A stretch of 63,396 bases of DNA, filler included. It is 10 parts of 10 records of this genome, joined end to end, with 100 filler letters (N's around TTAATTAATTAA, not from the genome) between each part and the next. Parts side by side here need not be neighbours in the genome. Positions count along the whole stretch, not along the records: positions 54,819 to 60,322 come from SRR11831585_1077; positions 60,423 to 63,396 come from SRR11831585_1084; 8 more parts are not named here. One strand, given 5' to 3'. Shown in pieces: positions 59,213 through 63,396 of this stretch. The notes under the pieces are model-generated. The model worked only from the letters and a program-made list of their open reading frames with translations, was not told the origin of the DNA and ran no database searches. Every line of letters begins with the position of its first letter. Within the stretch, counting starts at the first letter, position 1. The position numbers and the translations under genes are program-made.

Positions 59213-60079
59213 TTACTCATCCTGTGGATCATGATATTCAACGCACGCCTGTAGCGTGTTTTCAATCAGCGTGGCAACCGTCATCGGGCCAACGCCGCCG
59301 GGAACAGGCGTAATGTATGAGGCGCGTTTAGCCGCGTCTTCAAACACGACGTCGCCCACAACTTTGCCATTTTCCAGACGGTTGATGCCGACATCAATCA
59401 CAATTGCGCCTTCTTTGATCCAGTCACCGGGAATAAAGCCTGGCTTGCCAACGGCAACGATCAATAGATCGGCATTTTCTACGTGATGACGCAGATTTTT
59501 AGTGAAGCGGTGAGTCACTGTAGTGGTGCAACCTGCCAGCAGCAGTTCCATGCTCATCGGGCGGCCAACGATATTCGATGCGCCAATCACCACGGCGTTG
59601 AGGCCGAAGGTATCAATGTTGTAACGCTCAAGCAGCGTGACGATACCGCGCGGGGTGCAGGGACGCAGACGCGGCGCGCGCTGGCACAGACGACCGACGT
59701 TGTAAGGATGGAAACCGTCCACGTCTTTGTCCGGATGAATACGTTCCAGCACTTTGACGTTATCAATACCCGCCGGTAACGGCAGTTGAACCAGAATGCC
59801 ATCGATGGTGTTGTCGGCATTCAGCGTATCGATAAGCTCCAGCAGCTCCGCTTCGCTGGTGGTTTCCGGGAGGTCATAAGAGCGGGAGACGAACCCGACT
59901 TCTTCACAAGCCTTGCGTTTGCTTGCGACATAAATTTGCGATGCAGGGTTACTACCCACCAGCACAACGGCCAGTCCTGGTGCCCGCAGTCCGGCTGCAA
60001 TACGCGCCTGAACTTTTTGAGCAACTTCAGAGCGCACCTGCTGCGCAATCGTTTTACCGTCAATAATCTTTGCTGCCAT
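59213..60079 (-). CDS. folD: Methylene-THF dehydrogenase/cyclohydrolase
   Basis: KDVDGFHP and PGGVGPMT motifs. Confidence 0.97.
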
Positions 60080-60322
60080 CAGAGAGAGGATTCCATCTGT
60101 TACGTAGATCGAAGGGGATGCGCCTATTTTGTCAGAAGCGGGGCGCGCTGTCAGGTTTCGTTTCAGATTTATCGCGTGAAGCGACCTCTTGCGAAGGTGA
60201 GGCGCACCGTCGCTGAGACTGAAAGCTTCATTTTTCGTCCATGATGGCGTTGTAAATCTGGAACTGATTTATTTCCTTGTCTAAGGATTAAGATAATTTA
60301 AGAAATACCTGACAATATAAAA

Positions 60323-60422
60323 NNNNNNNNNNNNNNNNNNNNNNNNNNNNNNNNNNNNNNNNNNNNTTAATTAATTAANNNNNNNNNNNNNNNNNNNNNN
60401 NNNNNNNNNNNNNNNNNNNNNN
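60323..60422. other. Artificial contig linker
   Basis: N44-TTAATTAATTAA-N44. Confidence 0.98.
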
Positions 60423-60441
60423 TTTCTTATAGGGAGTACAT

Positions 60442-60600
60442 ATGGGTTTCTGGAGAATCGTCATCACCATCATTCTGCCGCCGCTCGGCGTGCTGCTCGG
60501 TAAAGGGTTCGGTTGGGCGTTCATTATTAATATTCTGTTGACACTGCTTGGGTATATCCCCGGTTTGATTCACGCGTTCTGGGTGCAAACCCGCGATTAA
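60442..60600 (+). CDS. yqaE: Pmp3-family membrane peptide, 52 aa
   Basis: Manual translation MGFWRIVITIILPPLGVLLGKG...GYIPGLIHAFWVQTRD. Confidence 0.93.
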   Translation: MGFWRIVITIILPPLGVLLGKGFGWAFIINILLTLLGYIPGLIHAFWVQTRD

Positions 60601-60683
60601 ACCTGTGCTCATCCCCGCGGCGTTAACGCGCCGCGTTCCTCTGCTACACTTTCTGAGTGTTTCCGTTAACGAATGAGGTAGCT

Positions 60684-61133
60684 ATGGGTCTGTTCAATTT
60701 TGTGAAAGATGCCGGAGAAAAACTCTGGGACGCGGTTACAGGTCAGCACGATAAAGACGATCAGGCGAAGAAGGTGCAGGAGCATCTGAACAAAACCGGT
60801 ATACCGGATGCCGATAAAGTGAATATTCAAATTGCCGACGGCAAAGCGACGGTCACTGGTGACGGCCTGAGTCAGGAGGCGAAGGAGAAAATCCTTGTTG
60901 CGGTGGGGAATATTTCCGGTATTGCCAGTGTCGATGATCAGGTGAAAACGGCGACACCAGCCACTGCCAGCCAGTTTTATACCGTTAAGTCTGGCGACAC
61001 TCTGAGTGCCATTTCCAAACAGGTCTACGGTAACGCTAATCTGTACAATAAAATCTTCGAAGCGAATAAACCGATGCTAAAAAGCCCGGATAAAATTTAT
61101 CCGGGGCAAGTGTTGCGTATTCCGGAAGAGTAG
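60684..61133 (+). CDS. kbp: K+-binding BON-LysM protein (YgaU)
   Basis: BON domain plus LysM ([13 protein letters not shown]). Confidence 0.95.
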
Positions 61134-61796
61134 TTAATTGCCAGCCATCGCCTGCTGGATAATGGGAATTGGCGTCAGTAAATGCTGGCGCATTAACTCA
61201 CTGGCGCGCGCGGTATCTCGCGCCAGTACCGCCGCAGTCAGGGTCTGGTGCTGATCGTGTTTATCCTCCAGCATTTCCACCGAAAGCACCGTTCGCCGCA
61301 GCCAGATAAATCGATAACGCGCCGCCAGATCAAACAACCGTTCACGCATTTGCAGCAAATAGTGAGAACCACAGCCCGCCACAATTGCCGTATGAAACGC
61401 CTGATGACGCAGATCCCACTCATCAAGCATTTTCTCGCTGGCGTCACAGGCCTCAAGCTTACTCAGCAGATGCGCTTTTGCGAGAACGTCTGCCTCCCAC
61501 TCATCGCCACCGCGGGCAATCGCCAGACTCACTAACATCGCTTCCATATTGGCGCGGGCGTCGAAAATATCGAGCAGCTCCTGCTCTGACATAGACGCCA
61601 CCCGATACCCTTTTTGATTCACCACCGTGACCAGCCGTTCCGCCACCAGTTGCGAAAGAGCTTCCCGTAACGGCCCAACGCCAAGTGCATAACGCGATGT
61701 CAGCAAACTCATTCGTAATTTTTCATCCGGTTGAAAATTACCGCGAATAATATCGTTCTTCAGCCAGCGATAGCCATCCAGAGACGTAATGGTCAT
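61134..61796 (-). CDS. csiR: GntR-family repressor CsiR (GlaR)
   Basis: GntR HTH plus FCD domain; downstream of gabP. Confidence 0.94.
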   Translation of the reverse strand: MTITSLDGYRWLKNDIIRGNFQPDEKLRMSLLTSRYALGVGPLREALSQLVAERLVTVVNQKGYRVASMSEQELLDIFDARANMEAMLVSLAIARGGDEWEADVLAKAHLLSKLEACDASEKMLDEWDLRHQAFHTAIVAGCGSHYLLQMRERLFDLAARYRFIWLRRTVLSVEMLEDKHDQHQTLTAAVLARDTARASELMRQHLLTPIPIIQQAMAGN

Positions 61797-61816
61797 GGTG
61801 TGACTCCTGATCATGA

Positions 61817-63217
61817 TCAGCGCGTATTATGAACGGGTGTTTTTTGCCACAATACCAGCTTTTTCCAGCGAGCCATAATTGGCACGGTACAGATAATCCC
61901 TATCGCTAATAAGCCGGTGGAGATCACTTCTAACTGTTGCGCCGGACGGAATAGCATCACTACCAACACAAAGGTAATAAAGCCGATGACTAGCCAGGTG
62001 AGCCACGGATAAAGCCACATTCGCAAGCGAATTTCGCTTCCTTCTGCTCGCAGAATTTTGCGCATCCGCAACTGTGAAACGGCGATGACTAAATAAACCA
62101 GCAGGGCGATAGCGCCGGAGCTGTCGATCAGAAATTTAAATACCTTCGCAGGCGCGTAATAGTTCACCACCACCGTTAAGAATGCCGCGCCGGTGGAGAG
62201 TAACACCGCCACGTACGGGGTTTTACTGCGGTTGATTTTACCCATTACCGCGGGAGCATCACCGCGACGACTTAAGGAGTAGAGCATCCTTGACGCGGTA
62301 TACAGCGCCGAGTTCAGGCAACTGGTTACGGAAAGTAATATCACGCAGTCCATGATTAATTTCGCATGGGGAATATTGAGCAATTCCAGTACCGAGCGAT
62401 AAGAACCGACGGCTTTTAGTCCGGGCATATTCCACGGAATTAATGCCACGACGACAAAAATAGAACATAAATAGAAGATAGAAATACGCCAGATAACCGA
62501 GTTGGTGGCGCGGACAATATGTTTTTCCGGCGTGTCGGATTCCGCGGCGGCAATGGTGACAATTTCTGCGCCCATAAACGAGAACATGGTGATCAACATC
62601 GCGCTTAATACCGCACCGAAACCGTTGGGCATAAAGCCGCCGCTATCCCACAATCTTGAGATCCCGCTCACTTCGGCATACGGGTAAAAACCGCTAATTG
62701 CGACTGCACCAAGGAAAATAAAGGCCAGGATAGCGATGACTTTGCACAGCGCCAGCCAGAACTCAAATTCGCCGTAGTTTTTAACGCTTAATAAGTTACT
62801 GCCAGTTAAGGCGAGGGTAATGACGAGGGAAAATAACCAGATGGGAATGCCTGGAACCCATGAGTGCAGGATCATGGCGGCGATGTTGGCTTCCAGCGGG
62901 ATAACCAGTACCCAAAACCACCAGTACAACCAGCCGATGGTATAGCCCGCCCAGCGACCAATGGCTTTATCGGCATAGGTGGAAAACGAACCGGTATCGG
63001 GCGTGGCAACCGCCATTTCCGCCAACATCCGCATAATCATAACCACCAGTAGCCCGGCGAACAGATAGGCCAGTAATACCGCCGGGCCCGCTTCGGCGAT
63101 GGCGACGCTGGAACCGACAAACAGACTTGCGCCGATAACACCGGCAATAGACAACATGGTGACGTGGCGTGACTTCAGCCCGCCGCCTAACTCATGTGGT
63201 TGCGATGATTGCCCCAT
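61817..63217 (-). CDS. gabP: GABA permease
   Basis: APC transporter, MGQSSQPHELGGGLKSRHVTMLSIAG. Confidence 0.96.
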   Translation of the reverse strand: MGQSSQPHELGGGLKSRHVTMLSIAGVIGASLFVGSSVAIAEAGPAVLLAYLFAGLLVVMIMRMLAEMAVATPDTGSFSTYADKAIGRWAGYTIGWLYWWFWVLVIPLEANIAAMILHSWVPGIPIWLFSLVITLALTGSNLLSVKNYGEFEFWLALCKVIAILAFIFLGAVAISGFYPYAEVSGISRLWDSGGFMPNGFGAVLSAMLITMFSFMGAEIVTIAAAESDTPEKHIVRATNSVIWRISIFYLCSIFVVVALIPWNMPGLKAVGSYRSVLELLNIPHAKLIMDCVILLSVTSCLNSALYTASRMLYSLSRRGDAPAVMGKINRSKTPYVAVLLSTGAAFLTVVVNYYAPAKVFKFLIDSSGAIALLVYLVIAVSQLRMRKILRAEGSEIRLRMWLYPWLTWLVIGFITFVLVVMLFRPAQQLEVISTGLLAIGIICTVPIMARWKKLVLWQKTPVHNTR

Positions 63218-63366
63218 CCTGAATCCTCTCGAAAGTGTGTCACTTGGGAGAGCGCCCCGACATTTCCCGCGCCGGGTCACGCGTATAATTGTTATTGATT
63301 CTTTTTGCCGGAGAGCGGCTCCGCCTTACCCGGCCAACATAGATTTCTTCCTGTTCACGTACAGAT

Positions 63367-63396
63367 TGTCGGATGCGGCGTAAACGCCTTATCCGA
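63367..63396. repeat. REP element (runs off window end)
   Basis: tgtcggatgcggcgtaaacgccttatccga. Confidence 0.85.

Overview
This window is not one chromosomal stretch. It is a pseudomolecule of 10 unrelated contigs joined by nine identical 100-bp linkers (44 N + TTAATTAATTAA + 44 N). Eight contigs are ordinary Escherichia coli K-12-type chromosome: gar/prlF-yhaV/aga with the K-12 agaW-agaA deletion; amn-shiA-yeeL; pdeL-yahB-G; yciI-tonB-ompW-trpAB; ldhA-hslJ-ydbK; mscS-scp-argP-serA-sibC/ibsC-6S RNA-zapA; purKE-lpxH-ppiB-cysS-folD; yqaE-kbp-csiR-gabP. One contig (21425-26437) is F-plasmid-like. It carries pifC (partial) and pifA (KAP NTPase, T7 exclusion), convergent with an uncharacterised overlapping gene pair: a 96-aa small protein and a 299-aa protein with a CAP12/Pycsar-type TIR domain and an intact catalytic Glu. 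This pair is the best candidate for an undescribed anti-phage system. One contig (52165-54718) is eukaryotic: a GT-AG intron-rich gene fragment that splices in frame into a protein resembling the C-terminal region of Fused/STK36/TIO. Three single-base homopolymer frameshifts (prlF, pifC, scpB) are probably assembly errors. Gene names come from my recognition of the protein sequences; no database search was run.
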